50,430 nt of DNA from Chromatiaceae bacterium (GTDB taxonomy: Bacteria; Pseudomonadota; Gammaproteobacteria; Chromatiales; Chromatiaceae). This document shows, piece by piece, positions 1-7,789 of the stretch. The stretch lies in the NCBI GenBank assembly GCA_041307765.1, contig JBFZCW010000139.1:1-50430 (forward strand), written 5' to 3'. The translations under genes were made by a program, and so were the position numbers. The notes below the pieces were generated by a model. That model was not told the origin of the DNA, ran no database searches, and saw nothing but the letters and a program-made list of their open reading frames with translations. Numbering within the stretch: position 1 is the first letter of the stretch; each line of letters starts with the position of its first letter.

Positions 1-113
1 GCGACACGCAATACGGCGGGCTCGGCACCGACGTCAATGGCAGCACGGCCGTCGCTGGAAACTATGAGAGCGACGTCAACCTCTTCGCCATTGAGGTCAG
101 CAAGGTATTCTGA
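1..113 (+). CDS. partial CDS (3' end only): C-terminal fragment of a probable outer-membrane beta-barrel/porin
   Basis: Frame 3 is open from the window edge to TGA 111-113. Translation ...YGGLGTDVNGSTAVAGNYESDVNLFAIEVSKVF ends in Phe after an alternating hydrophobic strand, the usual OMP C-terminal signature. A strong terminator hairpin follows. Confidence 0.35.
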   Translation, partial: DTQYGGLGTDVNGSTAVAGNYESDVNLFAIEVSKVF

Positions 114-151
114 GCAGGAAGCGTGGTCAGGCAGCGCTGGCCGCTCCGCAC

Positions 152-190
152 AAAAAAAAGCGCCGCCCTCTCGGGCGGCGCTCTTATTTT
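152..190. terminator. bidirectional Rho-independent terminator between convergent genes
   Basis: A-run 152-159, perfect 10-bp GC stem AGCGCCGCCC (159-168) / GGGCGGCGCT (173-182) with TCTC loop, then CTTATTTT. Reads as stem plus U-tract on both strands. Confidence 0.75.
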
Positions 191-223
191 CCCATCTACC
201 CCAGGGTTGCCCTGGGAGGCCGG

Positions 224-703
224 TCAGATGTAGAGGCAAATATCGCTCTGGCCAGCAAACTCGAAGAACGCCGCAGCACCGGCGTACTCGATGCCGTCAA
301 TGAAGTCCTTACGCTCCATGTCGAACAGGTCCACCGTCATCTGGCAGGCGATCAGCTTGACCTCAGCCTCGATGCAGAGCTCGCGCAACTCCTCGATGCT
401 GGCTACACCCTTGGCCTTCATCTTCTGTTTCATCATCGCGGTCATCATCGCCTGCATCCCGGGCAGGGCCGTAAGGATGACCGGGAACCACTTGTCCATT
501 CCCATCGGCATCGGCATGCCCGGGTTGCCGAGGGGGGTCACTTCCAGGCTCAGCTTCTTTTTTAGCAGCTGCAGTCCGTAGAAAGTAAAGAAGATCTGGG
601 TCTCATAGCCCAAGGCCGCGGCCGTGGACGCCAGGATGAAGGGGGGATAGGCCCAGTCCAGCGAGCCCTTAGTGGCGATGATTGCCAGCTTCTTCTCGTC
701 CAT
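224..703 (-). CDS. dsrE2: DsrE2-type DsrE/DsrF-family sulfur-relay protein
   Basis: ATG at 703 preceded by GAGGAG; 159 aa. DsrE-fold N-terminus (KLAIIATKGSLDWAYPPFILASTAAALG), Met/Pro-rich hydrophobic middle, Cys in LIACQM and in C-terminal DICLYI. Lies downstream of rhodanese and tusA, as in the Allochromatium vinosum rhd-tusA-dsrE2 locus. Confidence 0.8.
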   Translation of the reverse strand: MDEKKLAIIATKGSLDWAYPPFILASTAAALGYETQIFFTFYGLQLLKKKLSLEVTPLGNPGMPMPMGMDKWFPVILTALPGMQAMMTAMMKQKMKAKGVASIEELRELCIEAEVKLIACQMTVDLFDMERKDFIDGIEYAGAAAFFEFAGQSDICLYI

Positions 704-792
704 CGGTCACTCCTCAAGCGCTGTTGATAAATGCGGGACAGACCATGCCAGACCTCGATGCGCGGGCGCCGCTGCCCGATCGAGCCGGGCTG

Positions 793-1023
793 TTAGGCCT
801 TCTTGATCAGAAAGTGGAACTTGCCACCCTCTTCCTTGGACTCCATCAGGGTGTTGCCGGTCTGCTTGGCGAAGGCGTCGAAGTCCTTCACCGAGCCGGG
901 ATCGGTCGCGATGATGTGCAGGACCTGACCGCTGCCCATGCTGGACAAGGTCTTCTTGGCGCGCAGGATCGGCAGGGGGCAGTTCAGACCGCTGGCGTCC
1001 AGTTCTTGATCGAAATCAGCCAT
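793..1023 (-). CDS. tusA: sulfurtransferase TusA
   Basis: 76 aa; ATG 1023 with GGAGG 9 nt upstream. SirA/TusA fold with active-site motif LNCPLPIL (Cys-Pro-X-Pro). Confidence 0.9.
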   Translation of the reverse strand: MADFDQELDASGLNCPLPILRAKKTLSSMGSGQVLHIIATDPGSVKDFDAFAKQTGNTLMESKEEGGKFHFLIKKA

Positions 1024-1081
1024 TTAAATAACCTCCAGTGCTTCTCGTGTTTTAGAATATGAGAAAACTCAAGAATTGTGC

Positions 1082-1110
1082 TTTATAAGTGAATTACGAC
1101 TAAAAGGCAA
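1082..1110 (-). promoter_or_regulatory. candidate sigma70 promoter for tusA-dsrE2
   Basis: On the minus strand: -35 TTGCCT (1110-1105), 17-nt spacer, -10 TATAAA (1087-1082). Sits inside a 113-nt AT-rich spacer, just downstream of a short hairpin (1114-1133) that follows the rhodanese stop. Confidence 0.45.
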
Positions 1111-1136
1111 GATTGCGCCACCCCTTGGGCGCACGA

Positions 1137-1469
1137 CTAGCAGGTGCCGCCGGCAGGCGGCCCGACCTCGAACCCATGCCGAACCCACGCTACGATACCC
1201 CCTCTCAGGTTCACCACCCGCGGGAAGCCTTGCTGCACCAGGTACATGCAGGCATGGTAAGAGCGCGCCCCACTACGGCAGTAGAGCACCAACTCCTCGT
1301 CCCTAGGGAGCTCTGAGAGGCGCAAGGGGATCAGGTGCAGGGGAACGTGATCTGAGCCCGGGATGGCGCCCTGCGCGACCTCGCCCGAGGTTCGGATGTC
1401 CACGAGTCGCACCCGCTCGCCATCCGTCAGGCGCCGGTGCAAGGTCTCCGAATCGATCTCATCGATCAC
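1137..1469 (-). CDS. single-domain rhodanese sulfurtransferase
   Basis: 110 aa, GTG start at 1469. Rhodanese fold with active-site loop CRSGARS. First gene of the rhd-tusA-dsrE2 trio. Confidence 0.85.
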   Translation of the reverse strand: MIDEIDSETLHRRLTDGERVRLVDIRTSGEVAQGAIPGSDHVPLHLIPLRLSELPRDEELVLYCRSGARSYHACMYLVQQGFPRVVNLRGGIVAWVRHGFEVGPPAGGTC

Positions 1470-1589
1470 GCGCAGCCCTATTCACTGACCAAGTATTTCA
1501 GTATATTACGATATTTTTCTTCTACGCTCAAACCGACCTGGCACGCAGCCATAGCCGGGATCAACCAACCCTTGATGTGAATTGAGACC

Positions 1590-3023
1590 ATGCAGTACCT
1601 CCCAATCTTTCTCGACGTAAGGCATAAACCCTGTCTGGTAGTGGGCGGTGGCGAGGTGGCCGTGCGCAAGGTGGCCAGCCTGCTACGCGCCGGGGCCACC
1701 GTGACCGTGGTGTCACCCGAGCTGGCCGAACCCCTGCGTCAAATCCTGAGGGATGAAGGTGCCTTCGTCCACCGCAGACGCAGCTTCGAGGACTCAGACC
1801 TGGATGGTGCTTTGCTGGTGATCGCAGCCACCGCCGACCGCACAGTGAATCGGCACGTGGCGGAACTGGTAAGTGCTCGCGACATCCCGGTGAACGTGGT
1901 GGATCAAGCGGAAGACTCGACCTTTATCATGCCCTCAATCATCGACCGGTCACCCGTGGTAGTGGCGGTCTCCACCGGCGCGGCCTCCCCGGTGTTGGCC
2001 CGGCTACTGCGCACCCGCCTGGAGTCGGTGATACCCGCTGGCTATGGTCGCCTTGGGGAGCTGTGCGCCCGCTATCGCGACCGGGTCAAGGCGCGCTTCG
2101 CCGACCAGCGGGACCGTCGCCGATTCTGGGACCGGGTCCTCCAGGGAAGCGTGGCGGAGCGCATCTTCTCAGGCCACCTGGACGAGGCGGACGCCGCCAT
2201 GGAGATCGAGCTTGGCGCGGCTAGAGCTTCTGAGGGTATGGGCGAGGTCTACCTAGTCGGGGCCGGCCCGGGGGACCCGGACCTGCTCACCTTCCGCGCC
2301 CTGCGTCTGATGCAGCAGGCCGATGTCGTCGTCTACGACCGGCTGGTCGCCAAGCCGATCCTGGACATGACCCGGCGCGACGCCCGGCGCGTCTACGTAG
2401 GTAAGGAGCGCAATAACCACGCCATGCGCCAGGAGGAGATCAACCGCCTACTTGCCGATCTGGCCAAAGAGGGGCATCGGGTCCTGCGCCTGAAGGGCGG
2501 CGACCCCTTTATCTTCGGCCGCGGCGGCGAAGAGATCGACACACTGGCCGCTGAGGGAGTCCCCTTCCAGGTGGTCCCCGGTATCACCGCGGCTTCCGGT
2601 TGTGCCGCTTACGCCGGAATCCCCTTGACCCACCGGGACTATGCCCAGTCGGTCACCTTCGTCACCGGGCACCTCAAGGACGGGACCATGGACCTCAACT
2701 GGCCGCAGCTCGCACAGCCCAGCCAAACCCTAGTCTTTTACATGGGGCTGGTCGGACTTCCGGTGATCGTACGGGAGTTGACCGCCCACGGCGTCTCGCC
2801 GCAGATGCCCGTGGCACTGGTCCAGCAGGGCACGACCCACCTGCAGCGGGTATATACGGGAACCCTGGCAGACATCCTCGACACCGTAGAGGCCGACCCG
2901 CCCAAGCCGCCGACGCTCGTGATCGTCGGAGAGGTGGTTAGCCTGCGCGACAAGCTCAACTGGTTTCAGACCCCGACCCTGTCCGAACAAGGGGCCACGA
3001 CCCCCATCGTCCCCGGCAGTTAA
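1590..3023 (+). CDS. cysG: siroheme synthase (precorrin-2 dehydrogenase / sirohydrochlorin ferrochelatase / uroporphyrinogen-III C-methyltransferase)
   Basis: 477 aa. N-terminal Rossmann motif [12 protein letters not shown]-terminal SUMT domain with [15 protein letters not shown] and [13 protein letters not shown] motifs. Confidence 0.93.
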   Translation: MQYLPIFLDVRHKPCLVVGGGEVAVRKVASLLRAGATVTVVSPELAEPLRQILRDEGAFVHRRRSFEDSDLDGALLVIAATADRTVNRHVAELVSARDIPVNVVDQAEDSTFIMPSIIDRSPVVVAVSTGAASPVLARLLRTRLESVIPAGYGRLGELCARYRDRVKARFADQRDRRRFWDRVLQGSVAERIFSGHLDEADAAMEIELGAARASEGMGEVYLVGAGPGDPDLLTFRALRLMQQADVVVYDRLVAKPILDMTRRDARRVYVGKERNNHAMRQEEINRLLADLAKEGHRVLRLKGGDPFIFGRGGEEIDTLAAEGVPFQVVPGITAASGCAAYAGIPLTHRDYAQSVTFVTGHLKDGTMDLNWPQLAQPSQTLVFYMGLVGLPVIVRELTAHGVSPQMPVALVQQGTTHLQRVYTGTLADILDTVEADPPKPPTLVIVGEVVSLRDKLNWFQTPTLSEQGATTPIVPGS

Positions 3024-3025
3024 AG

Positions 3026-3053
3026 CCGCAGGCCGCGTCATGTCAGGCCTGCG
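3026..3053. terminator. hairpin shared by convergent cysG and HD-hydrolase genes (possible terminator, no U-tract)
   Basis: 9-bp stem CCGCAGGCC (3026-3034) / GGCCTGCGG (3045-3053) with a 10-nt loop. The stop codon of the minus-strand gene lies across the loop/3'-arm junction (3043-3045). Confidence 0.3.
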
Positions 3054-3594
3054 GGCGCTGGCAGTAGGCGGTATCGAACAGGGCCTCCAGCCCCGGGTGA
3101 ATCCCGCGCATCCGGTCCACCACCTCCAAGGCCCAGTCGAAATAGGCCTGGCGCCGGCGTAAATCCCACCCGACCGGCGGGTTGCGGGCAACATCGCGCA
3201 AGTTGCAGATCTTGTCTGCGAGCTTCACTAGACGGGCCTCCCGGCTCGCAGTTGCGGCCCGCTCGACCTGCAAGCGCTTGCGCTCCGCCTTGGGCAGGAC
3301 CTTATCGTCCGTCACCTCCAGCACAATGGTGGCGATACCGGTCCCGAAGGCGGCCGTCAATTCCTCTGGAGTGGTCTCGGTGTCCTCTATCGTGTCGTGC
3401 AGGAGCGCTGCGCACAGGATGCTGGGTTCGGTAATCCCCGCTTCGCTGCACAGCACCTCGATCAGGGAGATCGGGTGGTTGATGTAAGGCGATGCGGCAT
3501 GGTCCTTGCGGCGCTGGTCGCTATGCTTGCCGGCAGCAAATGCCAGCGCCTTGATAATCGGAACAAGTTCGTGTTGCAGATTGGCGTCCGGCAC
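3043..3594 (-). CDS. HD-domain (p)ppGpp hydrolase, small alarmone hydrolase (SpoT/Mesh1-like)
   Basis: HD-domain motifs KHSDQRRKD, PYINHPI, LLHDTIEDT and KLADKICNLRD. I place the start at GTG 3594 (GGAG 6 nt upstream, 183 aa, typical SAH size). The track start ATG 3726 would overlap the divergent neighbour. Confidence 0.75.
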   Translation of the reverse strand: MPDANLQHELVPIIKALAFAAGKHSDQRRKDHAASPYINHPISLIEVLCSEAGITEPSILCAALLHDTIEDTETTPEELTAAFGTGIATIVLEVTDDKVLPKAERKRLQVERAATASREARLVKLADKICNLRDVARNPPVGWDLRRRQAYFDWALEVVDRMRGIHPGLEALFDTAYCQRPQA

Positions 3595-3608
3595 TGAATG
3601 CTCCAGCT

Positions 3609-3617
3609 TGTTAGAAT
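3609..3617 (+). promoter_or_regulatory. candidate extended -10 promoter element (TGtTAGAAT) for the downstream Cys-rich protein gene
   Basis: TG at 3609-3610, TAGAAT at 3612-3617, about 32 nt upstream of ATG 3649. No clear -35. Confidence 0.3.
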
Positions 3618-3648
3618 CGCGCCCCTGGACCGCTCCCAAGGCGCCGAT

Positions 3649-4221
3649 ATGCGCAATCACACCGGCCGTCTGATCCTGGCGCCGCGAGACCCAAATTGTG
3701 CTCCCGACCGCGAACCCCTGATCCATGCCCTCGATCAGGCCGGCTTTCTAGGTCCAACTTTGACGCCCAACGGAGATGCCTATGCCGCCGGGGAGGCATT
3801 CCTGCACCTCCTCGCGTTCGCCGGGTGCGCGGTCCAGGTCGAGGTCAGGCCCAGCACCGAGCCCGACCAGCCCTTCTGCCATATCCGTATTGCCGGCCCC
3901 TTCGCCGAGCCTGTCATCCTGATCGGAAGGAACACCCGACCACCCCGCTGCCCGGCCTGTCGCACCGCGCTGCGGGCTTGGCGGGACACCGTCCGAGACT
4001 GGACCGCAGCCGCGGCGCACGCAAAACCCCTGACCTGCCCCGCCTGCACCACGGTATCTCCCGCCTGTACCTGGGACTGGAAGGAGACCGGCGGTTGTGC
4101 TCGCCTCTTATTGTCTGTGGAGGAGGTCTTCCCCGGAGAGGCGGCGCCGACGGACGCCTTGATGCAGGTCCTCGAAGGGGTCGGACAAATGCCGTGGCGC
4201 CACTTCTACATCCAGGACTGA
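3649..4221 (+). CDS. hypothetical Cys-rich protein with putative zinc ribbon
   Basis: 190 aa from ATG 3649; the track start 3598 would abut the divergent gene. Non-repetitive, balanced composition, unlike the shadow ORFs. Paired CPAC motifs (PRCPACRTAL ... LTCPACTTVSPAC). No family recognised. Confidence 0.6.
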   Translation: MRNHTGRLILAPRDPNCAPDREPLIHALDQAGFLGPTLTPNGDAYAAGEAFLHLLAFAGCAVQVEVRPSTEPDQPFCHIRIAGPFAEPVILIGRNTRPPRCPACRTALRAWRDTVRDWTAAAAHAKPLTCPACTTVSPACTWDWKETGGCARLLLSVEEVFPGEAAPTDALMQVLEGVGQMPWRHFYIQD

Positions 4222-4235
4222 GGGGGAGACGCGGA

Positions 4236-4997
4236 TCACCCAATCAGTTCAACTCCGTGCGGCAGCCCGATCACCATGCTGAGCGGCAAGTGGTCCGAGA
4301 GAGCGTAGTCGATCACCTTGGCCTCCAGGATCTCCAGCGGGCGGGACAATAGGATGTGGTCGAGGTTGCGCCTCGGGCGCCAGCTCGGGAAGGTCTTGAG
4401 CTCGCAGTCCAGCCCCCGCAGGTCGTGCCCGGTGACCATCGAGCGCAGCGAGCGGGAGGAACAGTCGCAGTTGAAATCCCCCATCAGGACCAGATAGGGC
4501 TCCCGCTCCACCAGATCGATCAAGTAGCCCAATTGCCGGCGCCGGGCGCGCCAGCCCAGGGCCAGATGGACGATGCAGACCGCCAGCGTCCCCCCATCGC
4601 TGGTCGGGAACTCCGCCACCACGGCACCGCGGCCGGGGATTCCGCCGGGGAGCTTGTGCTCGATCACACGGGCGGGACGCAGGCGGCTCAACAGACCGTT
4701 GCTGTGCTGTGCGAGGCGCCCAAGGTTGCGGTTGACCTGCTTGTACCAAAAGGGGAACTGGGCACTCTGGGCGAGGTACTCGATCTGATCTACGAACCCG
4801 CTGCGCAGGCTACCGGCGTCAACCTCCTGCAGCCCGACCATGTCGAAGCCCCGCAGCAGGGGGACCATGCGCGCGAGGTTCTCCTGACGCTCCGGGTGCG
4901 GCAGCAGGTGCTTCCAGCTATGGGTGACATAATCGCCGTACCGGCGCGACTCGATCCCAGCCTGGATGTTATAGCTTAAGAGGCGCAGCCGCTGCAT
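4236..4997 (-). CDS. endonuclease/exonuclease/phosphatase (EEP) family protein
   Basis: 253 aa; ATG 4997. EEP motifs LLSYNIQAG, VGLQEV, LMGDFN and C-terminal LSDHLPL. Confidence 0.85.
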   Translation of the reverse strand: MQRLRLLSYNIQAGIESRRYGDYVTHSWKHLLPHPERQENLARMVPLLRGFDMVGLQEVDAGSLRSGFVDQIEYLAQSAQFPFWYKQVNRNLGRLAQHSNGLLSRLRPARVIEHKLPGGIPGRGAVVAEFPTSDGGTLAVCIVHLALGWRARRRQLGYLIDLVEREPYLVLMGDFNCDCSSRSLRSMVTGHDLRGLDCELKTFPSWRPRRNLDHILLSRPLEILEAKVIDYALSDHLPLSMVIGLPHGVELIG

Positions 4998-5076
4998 CGT
5001 CCTGGCACATGCCCTTGGGGTTCTTAGGTGCGGTCCCTAGCAGGACCCGGTCTAGCGCGAGCATAACCCCTAAATA

Positions 5077-5104
5077 GAAAAGGCAGCCATCGGCTGCCTT
5101 TTCA
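5077..5104 (-). terminator. Rho-independent terminator downstream of cytochrome c4 gene
   Basis: Stem AAAAGGCAGCC / GGCTGCCTTTT with ATCG loop. On the minus strand it is followed by TTTTCTATTTA. Lies 29 nt after the cytochrome stop. Confidence 0.7.
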
Positions 5105-5132
5105 CCGCGCCGCCCTTAGGGCAGCCTGTGGG

Positions 5133-5741
5133 TCAACGGTTGGTCCCCTGGAGGTACTGGGATACGGCCGCAATCTCCCGGTCAGTCATACGCGCCGCCA
5201 CACCGCGCATCATGGCATTTGTGTCGTTCTGACGAGCCCCGTCCCGGAAATGCTTGAGAGTCTGTTCGACATACTGGGCGTGCTGACCCGAGATTCGCGG
5301 AAACTTGGCAAGCCCCATCCCCAACCCCTGCGGGCCATGGCAACCGGTGCAGGCCGGAACCCCGGAGGCCGCATTGCCGCCGCGATAGAGGCGCTCACCC
5401 AATCCGGCATCATCGGAACCGGGCGCGCCAGGCGACTGCTGTTGGGAGGCAAAGTACGCGGCGAGGTCGGCTATGTCCTGGTCGCTCAGGGGCAGCGCCA
5501 TGGGGGTCATCTGCTCGTTGGCCCGGTTGTTGGCCTTGAAGTCCATGAGTTGTTTCCGGAGGTATTCCGGGTGCTGGCCCGCCAGTTTGGGCCACATCGG
5601 GACCACGCTGTTGCCCATAGGACCGTGGCATGCGAGGCAGGCCGCAGACTTGGCCTCGCCGGCCTTGGCGTCGCCGCCCGCTTGCACCGGGCCGCAGACG
5701 AAAGCCGTGGCGGCCGCGAGGGTAATCAGCCATGTTTTCAT
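5133..5741 (-). CDS. dihaem cytochrome c4, periplasmic
   Basis: 202 aa. Signal peptide MKTWLITLAAATAFVCGPVQA. Two haem c sites, CLACHG and CTGCHG, each followed by the c4-type PKLAGQH / PRISGQH motif. Confidence 0.9.
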   Translation of the reverse strand: MKTWLITLAAATAFVCGPVQAGGDAKAGEAKSAACLACHGPMGNSVVPMWPKLAGQHPEYLRKQLMDFKANNRANEQMTPMALPLSDQDIADLAAYFASQQQSPGAPGSDDAGLGERLYRGGNAASGVPACTGCHGPQGLGMGLAKFPRISGQHAQYVEQTLKHFRDGARQNDTNAMMRGVAARMTDREIAAVSQYLQGTNR

Positions 5742-5875
5742 GTGTTGTCTCGCCGTTGATCTGAGTTGGAGGCCTGCCGACGGACCCGGATGACGGGGCC
5801 AAAATATCCGGTACTGTATATCAGAACATCAGTATATGCGTCAAACCCCAAGGGCTGCCGACGCGGATGCATCCG

Positions 5876-6988
5876 TCAGAGACCGAGGTCCGCGGCGGCT
5901 ATGGCGGCATGGATGTCCCAGGGGGCCAATGCCGCGAAAGTGTCGGCGGTGAGGATCACCGCCCCGCCTGCCAGCTCATACCAGGCCTGACCGCCGCACC
6001 AGGCTGGCGCCGTATAGGTTCCCTGCCGGCGGCGCGGTATGCAATAAAGTCGTTGCGGCGTGTAGACCAGGTTGTAGCTAGCCCCCCCTTCGTTTAGCCG
6101 CGCGATGGCATCCCAAGCTGGGCCAGGTGATTCGAATGTGGCACAAGCGATGGGGTAAGGCCTGTCACCGCCGTTGTGGCGCCAGCCGGGAGCGGCAAGC
6201 GGCAGCGGTTCCCGGCGGAGAAAAAGCTGGAAATGCAGGTGGTTGACCGAAGCGAAGGCGCCGAAACTGTTGTAGGCTAGCCCGACCTGCGGCAGGCTGG
6301 ACCCCAGGGTTTCGGTCATGGCCCAGACCGCCTCGTGCTGGTGGCGCTGGAGGAACTGGGGAGCGTTCTCCAGGCGCCTCGGGACCAGCAGGGCATGGAG
6401 ATCCACGAAGGGGAACTTGTTGAACAGGAGTTCCACCTCGACCCCGGCCAGTTCCCCTTGCCAGAATGCCTCGCGGCGCAGGAACGGCTTGTTGAAGTGG
6501 AAGCCATGGGGGTCGAAGGGGGACCGGTTGGACCGGGGCTGACCTGTTGCGGCCCGTGCCGGTCGCAGCCCACGCAGCGGATTGAACTGGACCTCCCAGG
6601 GGCCCACGCGACGTCGCTGGACCATCGGCAGGTCTACGAGGCCGATGGCCATCAGCCGCAGGAAGACCGCCAGATCGTCCGGTGGCTCGTCCGGGTCCCG
6701 CCCCTGCCGCAGAACGCTCCGACAATCCGTGGCGAGGGCATCGAAGCACCGGCTCAGATCAGAACCCAGTCGCTCGTACAGTGCTGAATCGAAGGCCGCG
6801 TTGTTCAGGACAAGGATGAACGGGCCCAGGCCAGGCTCCCGCAGAAGCAAACGGGAGAGCCCCGCACTGAATGCCTCCCGCAGGGCTTGGGACGAACGAA
6901 AAGGCTCCGCGATCATAGGCAGCACATCCGCGGGAACCGGATCGCCAACAATGGGCGCGGCGGACAGGGGGAGCTGCGCGGACGTCAC
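5876..6988 (-). CDS. HIT-superfamily (GalT branch) GDP-hexose phosphorylase-like / DUF4922-like protein
   Basis: 370 aa. GTG 6988 overlaps the upstream stop (GTGA). Nucleotidyl-transferase histidine motif SVNHLHFQLF resembles the HxHxQ motif of GDP-L-galactose / GDP-D-glucose phosphorylases. The N-terminal ~130 aa have no motif I recognise. Confidence 0.65.
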   Translation of the reverse strand: MTSAQLPLSAAPIVGDPVPADVLPMIAEPFRSSQALREAFSAGLSRLLLREPGLGPFILVLNNAAFDSALYERLGSDLSRCFDALATDCRSVLRQGRDPDEPPDDLAVFLRLMAIGLVDLPMVQRRRVGPWEVQFNPLRGLRPARAATGQPRSNRSPFDPHGFHFNKPFLRREAFWQGELAGVEVELLFNKFPFVDLHALLVPRRLENAPQFLQRHQHEAVWAMTETLGSSLPQVGLAYNSFGAFASVNHLHFQLFLRREPLPLAAPGWRHNGGDRPYPIACATFESPGPAWDAIARLNEGGASYNLVYTPQRLYCIPRRRQGTYTAPAWCGGQAWYELAGGAVILTADTFAALAPWDIHAAIAAADLGL

Positions 6989-7440
6989 TGGTGATGGTAG
7001 TCCATGGATTGGACCGAGCGCACCTGGGCTTCTACCTCAAGGGCCGTCCCGTCATCCAGGTCCAGTATGAGGTCTACCTTGTCGCCAGGGGCCAGGTTGC
7101 GCCTGAGTCCGATCAACATGACGTGGAAGCCCCCAGGTTCCAGGCTCACGGATCCCTGGCCTGGAATCTCGATCTGCTCGACTCGACGCATCCTCATCAT
7201 CCCGTCGGCCATGGTGTGGTTGTGCAACTCCAACACGTCCGCGGCATCGCTCTTGCCGCCGACGAGGGCCCGCGCGGCAACTCCGCGGTTGACGATTTGC
7301 ATGAACACTGCGCTGTTGGCCTGGCCGGGCGGGACAGATCGAGCGTATGGGTTCTTGACGTCCAGGGCGCCGCCGGCCAGGGTAGCCGCAGTCCAATGCA
7401 ACATGATGGCCCCGGCGGCGATGGCAAGGATTTTTCTCAT
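6985..7440 (-). CDS. periplasmic copper chaperone PCu(A)C (DUF461)
   Basis: 151 aa from ATG 7440 (MRKILAIAAGAIML signal peptide); the track ORF is over-extended to 7836. Cu(I) motif HNHTMADGMMRM ... GGFHVML (H-x-M ... M ... H-x-M). Confidence 0.85.
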   Translation of the reverse strand: MRKILAIAAGAIMLHWTAATLAGGALDVKNPYARSVPPGQANSAVFMQIVNRGVAARALVGGKSDAADVLELHNHTMADGMMRMRRVEQIEIPGQGSVSLEPGGFHVMLIGLRRNLAPGDKVDLILDLDDGTALEVEAQVRSVQSMDYHHQ

Positions 7441-7789
7441 CGTGTTGTCTCCGGCGTGGTTAACAGGGTGTTCAGTCTCTGCGCGCGTTGGATGAGGGCT
7501 AATCGCTGACTGCTCTTTGCGGTTTGGAGGGTGCGCTCGTCTCCCGGGAAACGCCGGACTCGATGCGCTTTGACCACCGGCCAACCCTGACGCACGCCCA
7601 TGGAGCGTGGCGAGGCGGGGCAACGGTTCCTCCGATGCAGCACCCGCCCGCTCGACGAACGCAACGCGCTTGCGAGCCGCAACGCGCTGCCTCAGCATGG
7701 CACACCATGAGACGTTTCTCGCGCGCCCCTCTGTCCCGTCGGGCATCGTGCCTGGCCGCGATCCGCCGCCACCAACCGCGGCCGGCGCC

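Noticed and set aside
37-303. 88-aa plus-strand ORF at the window start.
   Set aside because: It runs straight through the bidirectional terminator hairpin (152-190) and into the antisense of dsrE2, and its composition is Arg/Ser-rich. The real plus-strand coding sequence is in another frame and ends at 113.
3696-4352. 218-aa alternate-frame ORF overlapping the Cys-rich hypothetical gene and the EEP gene end.
   Set aside because: Extremely Arg/Pro/Gly-rich translation (RRGGIPAPPRVRRVRGPGRG...). It overlaps two better-supported genes.
5812-5836. LexA/SOS-box-like sequence TACTGTATATCAGAACATCAGTA upstream of cytochrome c4.
   Set aside because: The arms TACTG...CAGTA are 13 nt apart rather than 10. 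The alternative reading CTGT-N8-ACAT has a mismatch in the critical ACAG arm. A respiratory cytochrome is an implausible SOS target. More likely this AT-rich patch is part of the promoter: a TTGACG -35-like hexamer sits at 5845-5840 on the minus strand.
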